A DNA stretch of 51,038 nt from an uncultured Bacilli bacterium (GTDB taxonomy: Bacteria > Bacillota_I > Bacilli_A > RFN20 > CAG-288): positions 732 through 51,769 of the forward strand of contig CAOSOP010000001.1 of assembly GCA_948525355.1 (NCBI GenBank), written 5' to 3'. The number at the start of each line of letters is the position of its first letter. The first letter of the stretch is position 1. Below the pieces are notes generated by a model. It was given only the letters and a program-made list of their open reading frames with translations, was not told the origin of the DNA and searched no databases. A program made the translations under genes and the position numbers. This document shows, in pieces, positions 35,616 through 46,035 of this stretch.

Positions 35616-36773
35616 TTAATACCAAGGGTTTGAACCTAAATTAACCAAGACTTTACTCGGTGCATAGACATCAATTACTTGATTATTGGCTTCTAAAATA
35701 ATGACAGCAAATCCTGCGATTTGAATCGCCACACTACCGCTATTTGGTAGTTCAAAATGATTTTGCTTTAAATCTTTGATATCGGTAATTAAAGTAGATA
35801 CCGGTTTTGTTTCTTTTGTAACAACAAATGAATTAAATGTCGCATTTGATTTTGCAAGTTTTGTTCGTTGAACATCGACCGTATTAGCACAAACGATTGT
35901 GAAGTTAGTATTAGGTCCTTTGACAAAATCGATCTTAGCGAGAGTTCCTAAAAGAAAACTCTGCTCTTCTTTGACTTGATATGTTCTTAAATTTATCTCA
36001 TTGCGTGGGATGATATACTTTAAAATATTTCTTTCAACATTATTTATCATCGAGCGAGAATTAAATATACCTGCGGTATCGTAAATATATGAATTTTTAT
36101 CAAGTGGAATCTTGATTACATCAATGGTTGTGCCTGGGAATGAAGATGTTGTTATTAACTTATCAGTTTTATTCTGATAGTTCTTTAATAAACAGTTGAT
36201 AATCGAGCTTTTACCTACTTGGCTAACACCCATGAAATACACATCTTTTCCACCTCTCAAACGTTCAATTGTACTCATGACATCGTCGAGATTGTAGTTT
36301 TTTAGCGAAGAGATGATTAAAGTTTCAAGCGGAGTTATTCCACTCTTAGCCAATACACTTTTCGTGTGAGCTAAAATCTTTTCTTCATTAAAAGACTTAG
36401 GAAGGACGTCACGTTTATTTAATATGACAAAAACCTTGCTTATTTGAAGTTCATTCAAGCTGGTGATCATTCCTTCTTCTAAACTTCCACAAAGCGAAAA
36501 AGTATCTAAGACCCAAACAATCAAGGCCTCTTTTTCCTTAGCTCTTTGTAATATTTTGTGGAAATCCTCATTAAAGGCTGGAACTTGATTGTCTTCATTA
36601 TAATGTCTTAAACGATAGCATCTTTGACAAAGGTGTTCTTCACTAGACTCTAAATGCTCTTTATCAATATAACCAGCTTCTCTTTTATTATTTGATTGTA
36701 AAATAGCACCACATCCATAACATCTTTTGATTTTAATCTCACTTGTTACGCCACTTGTCTTCGGTCTCATCAA
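35616..36773 (-). CDS. yqeH: Ribosome biogenesis GTPase YqeH (circularly permuted)
   Basis: N-terminal zinc finger CYGCG...CQRC, NKRDVLP (G4) placed before GVSQVGKSS (G1), and DTAG. Confidence 0.85.
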   Translation of the reverse strand: MMRPKTSGVTSEIKIKRCYGCGAILQSNNKREAGYIDKEHLESSEEHLCQRCYRLRHYNEDNQVPAFNEDFHKILQRAKEKEALIVWVLDTFSLCGSLEEGMITSLNELQISKVFVILNKRDVLPKSFNEEKILAHTKSVLAKSGITPLETLIISSLKNYNLDDVMSTIERLRGGKDVYFMGVSQVGKSSIINCLLKNYQNKTDKLITTSSFPGTTIDVIKIPLDKNSYIYDTAGIFNSRSMINNVERNILKYIIPRNEINLRTYQVKEEQSFLLGTLAKIDFVKGPNTNFTIVCANTVDVQRTKLAKSNATFNSFVVTKETKPVSTLITDIKDLKQNHFELPNSGSVAIQIAGFAVIILEANNQVIDVYAPSKVLVNLGSNPWY

Positions 36774-37309
36774 ATCACCTCCACCTTTCTTTTTGTCGCT
36801 TCTCTTCCAAGCATATTCTTTTTAAAATATCTTTTTCTTAACGGACGATCTATCAGTCGATTAAACTTTGTCGTCCATTGGTCTTTTTTGCTTAATGGTT
36901 CAGTTAAAATCGTCAGCGAACCAAGTTTTCGTCCGAGCTTTAAATCGGTAAGAATTTGATCACCGATTAAAATCGTATCTTTCAAATCAATGCCTAAACC
37001 CTTTAAGAAATTCTTTATTCTTTTAGTAAATGGCTTATGAGTAGATGGCAAAAACTTGACCTGAAGTTGCGAGCAGTAGGTCTTTACCCTCTTCTCCTTG
37101 TTGTTAGATATTATGATCGGTGTTAGTCCCAACTCTTTCAATTCACTGATAAGATTAAAAGTTTGAGCAGAAGGTACCATGACATTATAGACACTTAAAG
37201 TATTATCAAGGTCGATCAAAACAACCTTTCTTTCAAGTTTGACTAAAAAGGTTGGATCAATATCATAGATGGACTTTGCGTGAAAATTCGCCTTCTGTAA
37301 ACGTATCAT
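36770..37309 (-). CDS. yqeG: YqeG-family HAD phosphatase
   Basis: 179 aa with VVLIDLDNTL, IISNN and GDQILTDLKLG. It is the first gene of the yqeG-yqeH-nadD block. Confidence 0.8.
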   Translation of the reverse strand: MIRLQKANFHAKSIYDIDPTFLVKLERKVVLIDLDNTLSVYNVMVPSAQTFNLISELKELGLTPIIISNNKEKRVKTYCSQLQVKFLPSTHKPFTKRIKNFLKGLGIDLKDTILIGDQILTDLKLGRKLGSLTILTEPLSKKDQWTTKFNRLIDRPLRKRYFKKNMLGREATKRKVEVI

Positions 37310-37486
37310 ATTACCCTTATAAAATTATAGCAATTTAAATTAATATTAGCAACATAGATATTAATTTTATGCGCCCATTTTTCTAATAAGAATAGAAGAG
37401 AGACTCTTATCTTCTTTTCGACATATAAAAGTAATTATATTGCACAAATTTATACTAAAAAATGTCTATAGTTTTTTGTAAAACTA

Positions 37487-37515
37487 TTGCATTAATTTCA
37501 TAATGAGTATATAAC
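37487..37515 (+). promoter_or_regulatory. Putative promoter directly upstream of the 37523 hairpin element
   Basis: TTGCAT-17 nt-TATAAC. The predicted TSS falls at about 37522, the first base of the hairpin. Confidence 0.4.
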
Positions 37516-37522
37516 GCAGAAT

Positions 37523-37577
37523 AGATCCCCAATGGTGACAGTTTTTCTAGAGAACACGCCGGGATCTCTTTTATTTT
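37523..37577 (+). ncRNA. ~55-nt hairpin + U-tract element: candidate sRNA or 5' attenuator of the FNT channel gene
   Basis: AGATCCC (37523-37529) pairs with GGGATCT (37561-37567) around a 31-nt loop, followed by CTTTTATTTT. The ends resemble those of the 11720-11801 element. Confidence 0.3.
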
Positions 37578-37727
37578 GCATTTTGCATTTATATCTATGT
37601 GGAAATCATGATTTATCATTCAGTTTAACCTTTTCTTTTATAAGTGATTAACAATATATAGATTAGAACTTGAACATTGGTGTGGCTTAATATTGAATAT
37701 ATAAGAAGTAATAGATATAATTAATCT

Positions 37728-38390
37728 ATGAAAACTTATTTTAAAACTTTTGTCTCATCTTTACTTGCTGGCCTATTTATAGGCTTTGCTGGTTTGGCAT
37801 TTTTGCTTGTCTCATATTTACCAAACTCGTCTCCATTATTCGGCGCATTGATTTTTCCTTTCGGCCTTATTTTGGTCTGTTTGTGTAAAACTGATTTATT
37901 TACTGGTAAAATTGGCTTTGCTTTTAACGATAAGGAATTAACAATTATTAAACTACTGATAATTTTAGTTGGAAATCTTCTTGCCGCATTTCTTTTTGGC
38001 TTATTAGGACATTTTATCTTTAGTAAAAATCAAGACTTGCTCGCTTTTACAAATAATTTAGTTAAGATAAAAACCGATATATTAAACATATCTTCACTTA
38101 CCTTATTCTTTAAAGCCACCATCTGTGGAGCTTTGGTTTATCTTGCGGTATATCTATATAAAACTATTGAAAATCATTTATTGAAGATTATTGGTACATA
38201 TATACCGATATTTTTCTTCGTGCTCTTTGGATTTGACCACTGCATTGCGAATATGTTTTATTTTGCCTTCTCTTTTAGCTTTACACCATCGATGATTTTA
38301 TCACTTCTTATCGCTATCATCGGAAATAGTTTTGGAGCCTTGGTAATTAACTTTGCATTTAGATTTATAAGCTTAAAAACTAATTCATAA
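37728..38390 (+). CDS. Formate/nitrite transporter (FNT) family channel
   Basis: 220 aa with 6 TM helices, CKTDLFTGK (matching the LFTGN motif) and GFDHCIANMFYF (matching GFEHSVANM). Confidence 0.8.
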   Translation: MKTYFKTFVSSLLAGLFIGFAGLAFLLVSYLPNSSPLFGALIFPFGLILVCLCKTDLFTGKIGFAFNDKELTIIKLLIILVGNLLAAFLFGLLGHFIFSKNQDLLAFTNNLVKIKTDILNISSLTLFFKATICGALVYLAVYLYKTIENHLLKIIGTYIPIFFFVLFGFDHCIANMFYFAFSFSFTPSMILSLLIAIIGNSFGALVINFAFRFISLKTNS

Positions 38391-38418
38391 TTATTTTTCT
38401 ACAAAATATACTTTATTG

Positions 38419-39111
38419 ATGGAACTTTTAAAATGGCTATTTGACATAAGGCTTTTTATAGGCTTTATAAAAAACGGTGCTTTTTTACCTAAACTTGAGG
38501 AAGAAGAAGAAAATGAGCTAATACAAATGCTTCAAGATGAAGGCACCAAGGAAGAGGCACGAAGAAGGCTTATTGAGCACAACCTTCGACTCGTCGCACA
38601 TATCGTTAAAAAATACGATAACACTATTGAATTAAATGAAGATCTTTTAAGTATCGGAACTATTGGTCTTGTAAAGGCCATTGATTCTTTTTCTATCGAT
38701 AAAAAAGTTAAGCTTGCTACCTATGCATCAAAATGTATAGAGAATGAAATTCTCATGACTTTAAGAAAGGACAAACATATTGCAACCGATAGCAAGCTTC
38801 AGGATATAATCGGCTATGATAAAGATGGGGAGGAGATGGAGCTGATCGATGTCATAGAAAACGATGAGATACCGATTGATGAACTATATAGCAAAAATGA
38901 ACAGCTGGATAAGTTAAGAAAATATCTCAATGTCTTAGAAGATCGCGAGCTAGAAATCATCGGACTAAGATATGGTTTAGACAATAAACCTGAAATGACG
39001 CAAAAAGAGATTGCAAAAAAACTTGATATAAGCCGCTCATATGTTTCAAGAATCGAAAAAAGAGCCTTATATAAAATACTACAAGAATTTAAAAAAGATG
39101 AAGAAAATTAA
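38419..39111 (+). CDS. sigK: Sporulation sigma factor SigK (with pro-sequence), uninterrupted
   Basis: Close matches to B. subtilis pro-SigK: NGAFLPKL, LIEHNLRLVAHIVKKY, SIGTIGLVKAIDSF, KLATYASKCIENEILM, ISRSYVSRIEKRALYKI. No obvious SD, so the start is uncertain. Confidence 0.8.
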   Translation: MELLKWLFDIRLFIGFIKNGAFLPKLEEEEENELIQMLQDEGTKEEARRRLIEHNLRLVAHIVKKYDNTIELNEDLLSIGTIGLVKAIDSFSIDKKVKLATYASKCIENEILMTLRKDKHIATDSKLQDIIGYDKDGEEMELIDVIENDEIPIDELYSKNEQLDKLRKYLNVLEDRELEIIGLRYGLDNKPEMTQKEIAKKLDISRSYVSRIEKRALYKILQEFKKDEEN

Positions 39112-41681
39112 TCTTCATCTTCAAACATATCGAATAACGACAACTGAGTTGAGGAGGTATCTGGTTCAGGTTTAACGAGTTTATCGATATAAACTGGTGC
39201 CTTTTCAACAACAGTGTTTTCATCAATCATTTCACCTTGTAAACAAATACCGACAATGTCTACTATGTTTTTAGGTAGGTTTTGCTTCATGCCGATACCA
39301 AGTGTACTGCACTCTAAGTCATTGACATCTATTAATGATAAGGTAGATTTTGTCACTACTGTAATCGGCTGTTGAGCACTCTTCTTTCGGCTGATCTTTG
39401 AGACGGAAACAATCTTAAGTGGTGAAGATTTAAACACCTTAACTAAAGATGTCTTAGCGCCTAAACGAGCAACGGTATTGATGTTTTCACTTGAGACAAC
39501 TCTTGCGCTTCCATTATCGCTTATAAGCAATAGTTTTGGATGTTCATCGGTATAAATCGCGAGGGTTGAGACGATTAATCCTACATCTTTTGTAAGATGC
39601 ATGGCCTTAACACCAGCAGCTTTTAAACCAACTTGTGGGATATCATTTTCATTATATCTATTGCAGTAACCTTGATCAGTAATAACTATTACATCGCTGT
39701 TTCCGCGAGTTATCAAGCAAGAAATAACTTCGTCATTTTCACTTAGCGGCATGCATTTAAGACCTCTAGTAGTTATTTTTGTCTGCGTAAATTCACTTAA
39801 ATTTGTTCTTTTTATCTTACCAAGTTTAGTAGTAATAGTCACCATTAAACCATCGATGAAACTGCTGATAGCAAATCCCGCAACAATTTTTTCACCTGGT
39901 TCAATTTTAACAAGATTATTTAAATGCTTTCCTTCATCCTTCCACTTTGAATCATTGATACTATGAATAGGAATAACAAAATATTGACCGAGTGAAGAGA
40001 TTAAAAGCGCGTAGTCATGCGTCGAACAAGAAACATTTAAAACCGTATAATCAGAAGTCTTGAGCTTTGGTAGCGCATTGCTATCGCTAGCGATGGCTGC
40101 ATCATACGATCTTTTTGCTGTTCTTTTGATATATCCATCGTGAGTGACTAATACTTGAACAAACTCTTTAGCAATAAGAGTTCTGGTATCGACTGATTCA
40201 GCCTTGATTTTTTCTTCGACAATTAAAGTTCTTCTCTCTTGAGGATTTTCCTTTTTGATCTGTTTAAGGTCATTTATTAATAACTTGACGAGTTTATCTT
40301 CACTGCTGATGATTTCTTCAAGTTCTTTAATCTCTTCGCCTAAATGTAGCTCTTCTTCTTTTAAGATCGTCACATCAGTATTAGATAAACGATATAACTG
40401 CAATGTGACAATAGCTTCACTTTGTTCGATAGTAAAGCCATACCTCTCCATCAATTTCTTCTTACTATCTTCTTTTCCTTCAGAGTGACGGATTAAATCG
40501 ATCACTTCATCTAAGATAGAGACAGCTTTAATAAGTCCTTTAACGATGCTTAAACGCCAATTCTTCTTCTTTAAGTCATAATTGCTGCGGCGTAAAATAA
40601 CTTCCTTTTGATGCGCGATATAGGCATCGATTATATCTAGCAAACTCATTACACGTGGGTGATTATCGCAAATCGCCAACATATTTGCCGAAAATGTTGA
40701 TCTAAAGGCACCTTTAGAACGGAAGAAATTGACGACAGGAATCGGATCGGTATCCTTTTTAAGTTCAATAACAATTCTCACTTCTTCTGTCGATTCATCA
40801 CGAATTTCACTTATGGCATCGATTTTTCCTTCTTGAGCTTTCTTATCTAAATTAGCGACATAATTGCTCTTAACTTCTCCGTATGGAATATTTGTGATGA
40901 TGATCTTGTTCTTTTCGGATGTGTAATCTATTTTAGAATTAATCGTAAACGAAGCTTGACCAGTTTCATATAGTTGATTTAAAGCATCCTTGTCATCGAT
41001 TATTCCGCCAGTAGGAAAATCAGGACCTAAGACAAAATTACGAAGACTAGAAACAGTTGCTGTCTTATGATTTAAGCGATATATAGTTGCATCGATTACC
41101 TCACCTAAATTATGTGTTGGGATATTAGTCGATGCACCGACCGCAATACCGCTTGCTCCGTTGACCAAAAGGTTAGGAAAACGCGCTGGAAGAACAGTCG
41201 GTTCTTTTTCAGTATCATCAAAGTTTAGCATCATATCGACGGTATCTTTTTCTAAATCAAGTACCATATAATCTGCCATTTTTGCTAATCTTGCTTCAGT
41301 ATAACGGTAAGCAGCTGCTGGATCGTTATCGATTGAACCATTGTTTCCTTGGAATTCAAGTAGTGGTATCTCCATTTTCCAATCTTGAGAAAGTCTGACC
41401 ATTGCCTCATATATTGAAGAGTCTCCATGTGGGTGATATTTACCGATAACATTACCAACAGTTCTGGCACACTTTATCGTTGGTTTTGAATGAACATTGT
41501 TCTCTTTAAACATCGTATAGATAATACGTCTTTGAACTGGCTTTAATCCATCTCTAACATCTGGAATAGCACGGTCGAGAATAACTGCTTTAGCATAACG
41601 ATTAAATCCTACTTCCAAAATGCCAGGCATTGGAAGCGCGTCGATTTTTTCGATAATCGTCAAATCCTTTTTATTTTTCAT
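39108..41681 (-). CDS. parC: DNA topoisomerase IV subunit A
   Basis: [34 protein letters not shown] and [10 protein letters not shown]. It lies downstream of parE. 857 aa with an acidic tail. Confidence 0.9.
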   Translation of the reverse strand: MKNKKDLTIIEKIDALPMPGILEVGFNRYAKAVILDRAIPDVRDGLKPVQRRIIYTMFKENNVHSKPTIKCARTVGNVIGKYHPHGDSSIYEAMVRLSQDWKMEIPLLEFQGNNGSIDNDPAAAYRYTEARLAKMADYMVLDLEKDTVDMMLNFDDTEKEPTVLPARFPNLLVNGASGIAVGASTNIPTHNLGEVIDATIYRLNHKTATVSSLRNFVLGPDFPTGGIIDDKDALNQLYETGQASFTINSKIDYTSEKNKIIITNIPYGEVKSNYVANLDKKAQEGKIDAISEIRDESTEEVRIVIELKKDTDPIPVVNFFRSKGAFRSTFSANMLAICDNHPRVMSLLDIIDAYIAHQKEVILRRSNYDLKKKNWRLSIVKGLIKAVSILDEVIDLIRHSEGKEDSKKKLMERYGFTIEQSEAIVTLQLYRLSNTDVTILKEEELHLGEEIKELEEIISSEDKLVKLLINDLKQIKKENPQERRTLIVEEKIKAESVDTRTLIAKEFVQVLVTHDGYIKRTAKRSYDAAIASDSNALPKLKTSDYTVLNVSCSTHDYALLISSLGQYFVIPIHSINDSKWKDEGKHLNNLVKIEPGEKIVAGFAISSFIDGLMVTITTKLGKIKRTNLSEFTQTKITTRGLKCMPLSENDEVISCLITRGNSDVIVITDQGYCNRYNENDIPQVGLKAAGVKAMHLTKDVGLIVSTLAIYTDEHPKLLLISDNGSARVVSSENINTVARLGAKTSLVKVFKSSPLKIVSVSKISRKKSAQQPITVVTKSTLSLIDVNDLECSTLGIGMKQNLPKNIVDIVGICLQGEMIDENTVVEKAPVYIDKLVKPEPDTSSTQLSLFDMFEDED

Positions 41682-43608
41682 CCTTAACCTCCATCAAATG
41701 ATCTTTTTCATCCTTAAAATCGATGCGGTTATTGATCCAATCTTTTCTTCTATCAGAATCGCTTCCTAAGAAGAGGTCGACCTTATCAGTACATTCATCC
41801 TCATCATCGATAACTACTTGTATCAAACGTCTGGTGCTCTTGTTCATCGTGGTTTTACCAAGTTGATCAGCATCCATTTCACCAAGTCCTTTATAACGAG
41901 AAATACGATAGCCATTTCCAAGCTTTTTTCTCGCCTCATCTAACTCTTCGTCGTTCCAACAATAAATCTCGTTACTGCCTTTAGCACAACGGTATAAAGG
42001 AGGACATGCGATATAAATATGTCCTGTTCTTACTAGTTCTCTCATATGAGTATAGAAGAACGATAATAATAAATTTTGAATATGTGATCCGTCATCATCA
42101 GCATCGGTCATGATGATTATTTTTCCATAGCGAATATTTTTAATATTAAAGTCGTCGTTAAAACCAGCACCGATAGTTTGAATTAAAGTATATAATTCTT
42201 TATTGTCCAAAATATCGTCATCATTTGTCGTTGATGTGACGTTTTTCGGTTTACCTCTTAATGGTAAAATTGCCTGATGTTCTCTATCGCGACACTTTTT
42301 AGCAGATCCACCTGCTGAATCACCCTCGACGATAAATAACTCGTTGTCAGCATATGCCTTGCTTGATGCTGGGCTTAGTTTCCCGCTTAAATTGGAATTA
42401 GATTTATTTCCTGAATTAAGTTTTTTTCTTTCAGCATCTCTAACATCCTTGGTCTTTTGTCTTATTGCCATCGCTTCTAAAGTCTTTTTGACGATTGCTT
42501 CGGCAATGGCCGCATGCTCTTCTAGATAATAGCTTAATTTTTTGCAAACGATGTTCTCTATAGCTGGTGCTGCTTCTTTGGTTCCGAGTTTTCCTTTGGT
42601 TTGTCCTTCAAATTGAAGTAATTCCTCTGGAACCCAACAAGAGATGATGCATGTCATCCCTTCTCTGATATCATCGCCTTCAAGTTTTTGCTTTCCCTTG
42701 ATAAGATTATGGCTTGAAGCAAAGTTATTAAAACAAATTGTTAAAGCCTTTTTAAAACCAGCTACATGATGTCCACCATCAGTTGTTCGAACACCATTAG
42801 CAAAGGAAAAAATCTTTTCTGAATAATCGTTTTTAAAGTATTGAAATGCAATATTTGCACTTATTTTGCTGTCCTCGCCGTCAATACGAATTATCTCGCT
42901 CAATTCAGTCTTTGTTCCGGTGTGCTTTTTAAAATACTCTACTAAACCATCCTTATAAAAGAACTCTTGTTTACGATTTGAACGTAAATCTTTAAGGTGG
43001 AAAGTAACACCATTAGTAAGACATGCTGAATCGTCAACATGAGCAGCAATTTTATTATAGTCAAAGTTTGTATCAGAAAAAATCAAACTGTCTGGATGAA
43101 ATGTTATCTTCGTTCCACGCTTAGAACTAGTCGGTGTTTCAACCATTTTGGACATCTTCTCTCCACCTTTAGAAAACTTCACCATATGGTCTATTCCATC
43201 ACGATATGAGTGCACTTCCATCCAATCAGATAAAGCATTTACAACTGCTGCGCCAACACCATGAAGTCCTCCAGCGGTTTTATAATTTGATCCATCAAAT
43301 TTACCACCTGAATTAAGTGTCATAAAAACAAGTTCGAAGCCATTCATTTTTTCTTTTTCATTGTAATCGCATGGAACTCCACGACCCTCATCTTGAATAG
43401 TTATCGAACCATCAGTATTAATTGTTATATAGATATTCTTTCCATATCCTTCATTAGCTTCATCAACAGAGTTGTCGATGATTTCCCAGACAAGGTGATG
43501 AAGACCTGTAGTATCGGTAGAACCGATATACATTCCCGGACGATGTCTGACATGTTGAAGACCTTTAAATGTCTTTAGCGACTTCGCATTATAATTCTCT
43601 GTAGCCAT
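41671..43608 (-). CDS. parE: DNA topoisomerase IV subunit B
   Basis: GLQHVRHRPGMYIGST, LHHLVWEIIDNSVDE, GGLHGVGA, EGDSAGGS and IMTDADDDGSHI. I chose ATG 43608 after AGGAGG. Confidence 0.9.
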   Translation of the reverse strand: MATENYNAKSLKTFKGLQHVRHRPGMYIGSTDTTGLHHLVWEIIDNSVDEANEGYGKNIYITINTDGSITIQDEGRGVPCDYNEKEKMNGFELVFMTLNSGGKFDGSNYKTAGGLHGVGAAVVNALSDWMEVHSYRDGIDHMVKFSKGGEKMSKMVETPTSSKRGTKITFHPDSLIFSDTNFDYNKIAAHVDDSACLTNGVTFHLKDLRSNRKQEFFYKDGLVEYFKKHTGTKTELSEIIRIDGEDSKISANIAFQYFKNDYSEKIFSFANGVRTTDGGHHVAGFKKALTICFNNFASSHNLIKGKQKLEGDDIREGMTCIISCWVPEELLQFEGQTKGKLGTKEAAPAIENIVCKKLSYYLEEHAAIAEAIVKKTLEAMAIRQKTKDVRDAERKKLNSGNKSNSNLSGKLSPASSKAYADNELFIVEGDSAGGSAKKCRDREHQAILPLRGKPKNVTSTTNDDDILDNKELYTLIQTIGAGFNDDFNIKNIRYGKIIIMTDADDDGSHIQNLLLSFFYTHMRELVRTGHIYIACPPLYRCAKGSNEIYCWNDEELDEARKKLGNGYRISRYKGLGEMDADQLGKTTMNKSTRRLIQVVIDDEDECTDKVDLFLGSDSDRRKDWINNRIDFKDEKDHLMEVKDEK

Positions 43609-43807
43609 TTTCACCTCCTGCACATAAATAAAATTTTACCATTTTCTCTAATAGAAATCTAGCATTTATTGTACTATTATAATATTTTTTCAATAATACA
43701 ATTCGACAAAATATATATAAATAGTCAAAACAAAAGTTAATAATCTTATAGCGGAAGTATTTCTTGATATGTTATACTTTAAATAGAAATAAATCGAGGG
43801 TATTAAA

Positions 43808-44368
43808 ATGAAAAATATTTATGAATTTTGTCCACAAATCGATAGCGAAAACTTTCTGATAAGAAAACTGGAAGAAGATGATATCGATGGTCTTTATAAA
43901 ATTTATAGTGATAAAAAGGCCGTTCCATTTTTTAATTCTGATAATTGCCATGGTGATGACTTCTACTATAAAACAAAGGAGCGCGTTAAAGAGGCGATTG
44001 GCTTTTGGAAAGAGGCTTATTTAAATGGCTGGTTCGTGAGGTTTAGCGTGGTTAATAAAAAAGATAACCAAGTAATAGGAACTATTGAAGCATTTCATCG
44101 CTCTTCAGATGATTATTTTAATAAAGTATGTCTTCTTCGACTTGATTTATTAAGTGATTATGAACAAAAAGATTGTATAAAAGAAATACTTTGCGCTGTT
44201 GAATCTCCTTTTTATGATTTGTTTAATACTTCCTCAATCGTTACAAAAGGATTTACCAATTCTTTAAATCGAATACAAGCATTAAATGAATTGAATTATC
44301 AGTTAATTGACGAACCGCTTGTCGGCAGTTATGATAAATATTTTAATTACTACGAAAAGAAAAAGTGA
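43808..44368 (+). CDS. GNAT-family N-acetyltransferase (RimJ/RimL-like)
   Basis: 186 aa with FLIRKLEEDDIDGLYKIYSD and the pattern WFVRFSVVNKKDNQVIGTIE. Confidence 0.55.
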   Translation: MKNIYEFCPQIDSENFLIRKLEEDDIDGLYKIYSDKKAVPFFNSDNCHGDDFYYKTKERVKEAIGFWKEAYLNGWFVRFSVVNKKDNQVIGTIEAFHRSSDDYFNKVCLLRLDLLSDYEQKDCIKEILCAVESPFYDLFNTSSIVTKGFTNSLNRIQALNELNYQLIDEPLVGSYDKYFNYYEKKK

Positions 44369-44444
44369 GGAAAGCTAGTTTATATATTTACTTTTTTGTC
44401 TATATTTATTATATTTATAAAGTATTTAAAAAACGAGGTGTTTT

Positions 44445-45173
44445 ATGAGCAATGAATTAGTTATGATACTTGCGACAATAGGAATTGCTATATTTGGATA
44501 TTTAGTAGGCTCTTTTCCCAGCGCCATCTTTATCGGAAAAGTTTTTTATGGAGTCGATGTTAGAAAAGAAGGCTCACATAATGCAGGCGGAACAAACGTC
44601 GGCCGCGTTATTGGAAAAAAAGCTGGTTTTATAACCATAGGATTAGATGTCTTTAAAACTATTCTTTCGATCTGGATACCATTTGTTATCGTGAAATTCT
44701 CACCTTTAAACTCATATATGGCCTATGATATTCCGATTTATTATGTTGGTGGTTTAGCCGCTGCTATTGGTCATTCATTTCCAATATTCGCACATTTTAA
44801 AGGTGGAAAGGCGATGTCAGTTTATGCAGGATTTGTCTTCGCAACGAATCCAGTAATCACTATTCTTGGATTTATTATTTTTATAGCAATATTCTTCTGG
44901 AAAAAATATGTATCACTCGCTTCAATTCTCGCTCCTTTATTTGTCATTGTTCTTTCAATATTTTTAGCAGTTTTCCCTGTATTAAGATATACAGGCTATC
45001 TATTTGTTCCTTCACTACAAGTCGATCAGACTTACTATTACACTATTTCATTAACTATACTCGCTATCTATGTCATAATTAGACATATTCCAAACATCAA
45101 AAGATTGATGAGAGGAGAAGAGCCACATACTCATTTTAAAAAGAAAGAAGAAAGAAAAGAGGAAGTTAAATAA
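44445..45173 (+). CDS. plsY: Glycerol-3-phosphate acyltransferase PlsY
   Basis: GSFPSAIFIGK, GSHNAGGTNVGR and HSFPIFAHFKGGKA. Its position next to parEC matches Bacillus. Confidence 0.9.
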   Translation: MSNELVMILATIGIAIFGYLVGSFPSAIFIGKVFYGVDVRKEGSHNAGGTNVGRVIGKKAGFITIGLDVFKTILSIWIPFVIVKFSPLNSYMAYDIPIYYVGGLAAAIGHSFPIFAHFKGGKAMSVYAGFVFATNPVITILGFIIFIAIFFWKKYVSLASILAPLFVIVLSIFLAVFPVLRYTGYLFVPSLQVDQTYYYTISLTILAIYVIIRHIPNIKRLMRGEEPHTHFKKKEERKEEVK

Positions 45174-45700
45174 TGGAAGTAAAGTTTTGTCCATACTGCG
45201 GAGAGCCACTTAATTCAGAAGATCATATTTGTTCAAAATGCGGTAACGAAATCAATTTCGTCGATAGCGGTGCTTTAGATAATGATAATTTTGTTGAATT
45301 AAAGATTCTTCACGAAGGAGTTAAATTTGGTCGATTGACATTCATCGGTAGCATTGTCTTTACTATACTATGCTTTTTCCTACCGATATTTTTTCTCAAT
45401 AGTAAAATTAATAATCTTGGTGTCTATATAACTGTTCAACTAGTTATTTATGAAGCGATAATTTTAGATATTCTGGCTGTTATTTACTCTTTTTATTATA
45501 ATAGACGCTGTAAAAAGCATGGATATAACAGCATTGGTTATTTCAAGGCTGCATCATGGATTGGACTATTTGGAATCGCATTTGGCTTAACATTTATCAT
45601 CAGCTTAATTGCGAAAGCAGTCAATCCCGGACTTAATCCATCAAACCCCAGCACAAATGTAAATATCATTTTAAATTATATTTCTCTATTTATAAAATAA
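45173..45700 (+). CDS. Zinc-ribbon membrane protein, function unknown
   Basis: N-terminal CPYCG...CSKCG zinc ribbon followed by about 4 TM helices. The start overlaps the plsY stop. Confidence 0.5.
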   Translation: MEVKFCPYCGEPLNSEDHICSKCGNEINFVDSGALDNDNFVELKILHEGVKFGRLTFIGSIVFTILCFFLPIFFLNSKINNLGVYITVQLVIYEAIILDILAVIYSFYYNRRCKKHGYNSIGYFKAASWIGLFGIAFGLTFIISLIAKAVNPGLNPSNPSTNVNIILNYISLFIK

Positions 45701-45708
45701 TAATATTT

Positions 45709-45748
45709 AAAAAGCTGCTATAAGAATCAATTTATAGCAGCTTTTTTT
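45709..45748. terminator. Bidirectional intrinsic terminator
   Basis: aaaaAGCTGCTATAA-gaatcaa-TTATAGCAGCTtttttt, between convergent genes. Confidence 0.8.
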
Positions 45749-45770
45749 ATTTAAATTAAAGTGCAAACTT

Positions 45771-45989
45771 CTATTTAGAAGCGTCTTGCATTCTCTTCAT
45801 TATTGCCTTGATCTTTGCCTCTGATGGTTTCATTCCCATCTCTAAATACATAGCTCTAATCATCTTTTCATTTATAGGTGGATTCTTTTTCAATTCTCTT
45901 TTAACAAGTGAACGAGAGAGAAAAAATCCGCCAACGAAGCATACGATTGCAACAGCAACAATAATTCCAATCCAACCACCAACGCTCAT
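45771..45989 (-). CDS. UPF0154 (YneF-like) small membrane protein
   Basis: 72 aa with an N-terminal TM helix then LKKNPPINEKMIRAMYLEMGMKPSEAKIKAIM, characteristic of the YneF family. Confidence 0.75.
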   Translation of the reverse strand: MSVGGWIGIIVAVAIVCFVGGFFLSRSLVKRELKKNPPINEKMIRAMYLEMGMKPSEAKIKAIMKRMQDASK

Positions 45990-46035
45990 ATTAACCCTCC
46001 ATTTTTACTTATTATAGCGTATGAAGGACTTGTAG

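Noticed and set aside
37523-37577. A fluoride (crcB), guanidine or other known small riboswitch class for the FNT leader hairpin.
   Set aside because: CAAUGGUG loosely resembles the GAUGG of the crcB motif. However, the pseudoknot partner and the CUGAUGA...CCUAC elements are absent, and no ACGR or GGGA loops are present.
39096-39120. A 9-bp inverted repeat, AGATGAAGA-aaattaa-TCTTCATCT, spanning the overlapping convergent stop codons of sigK and parC.
   Set aside because: No U-tract on either side. It is explained by both proteins ending in acidic D/E codons read on opposite strands, so it is probably not a terminator.
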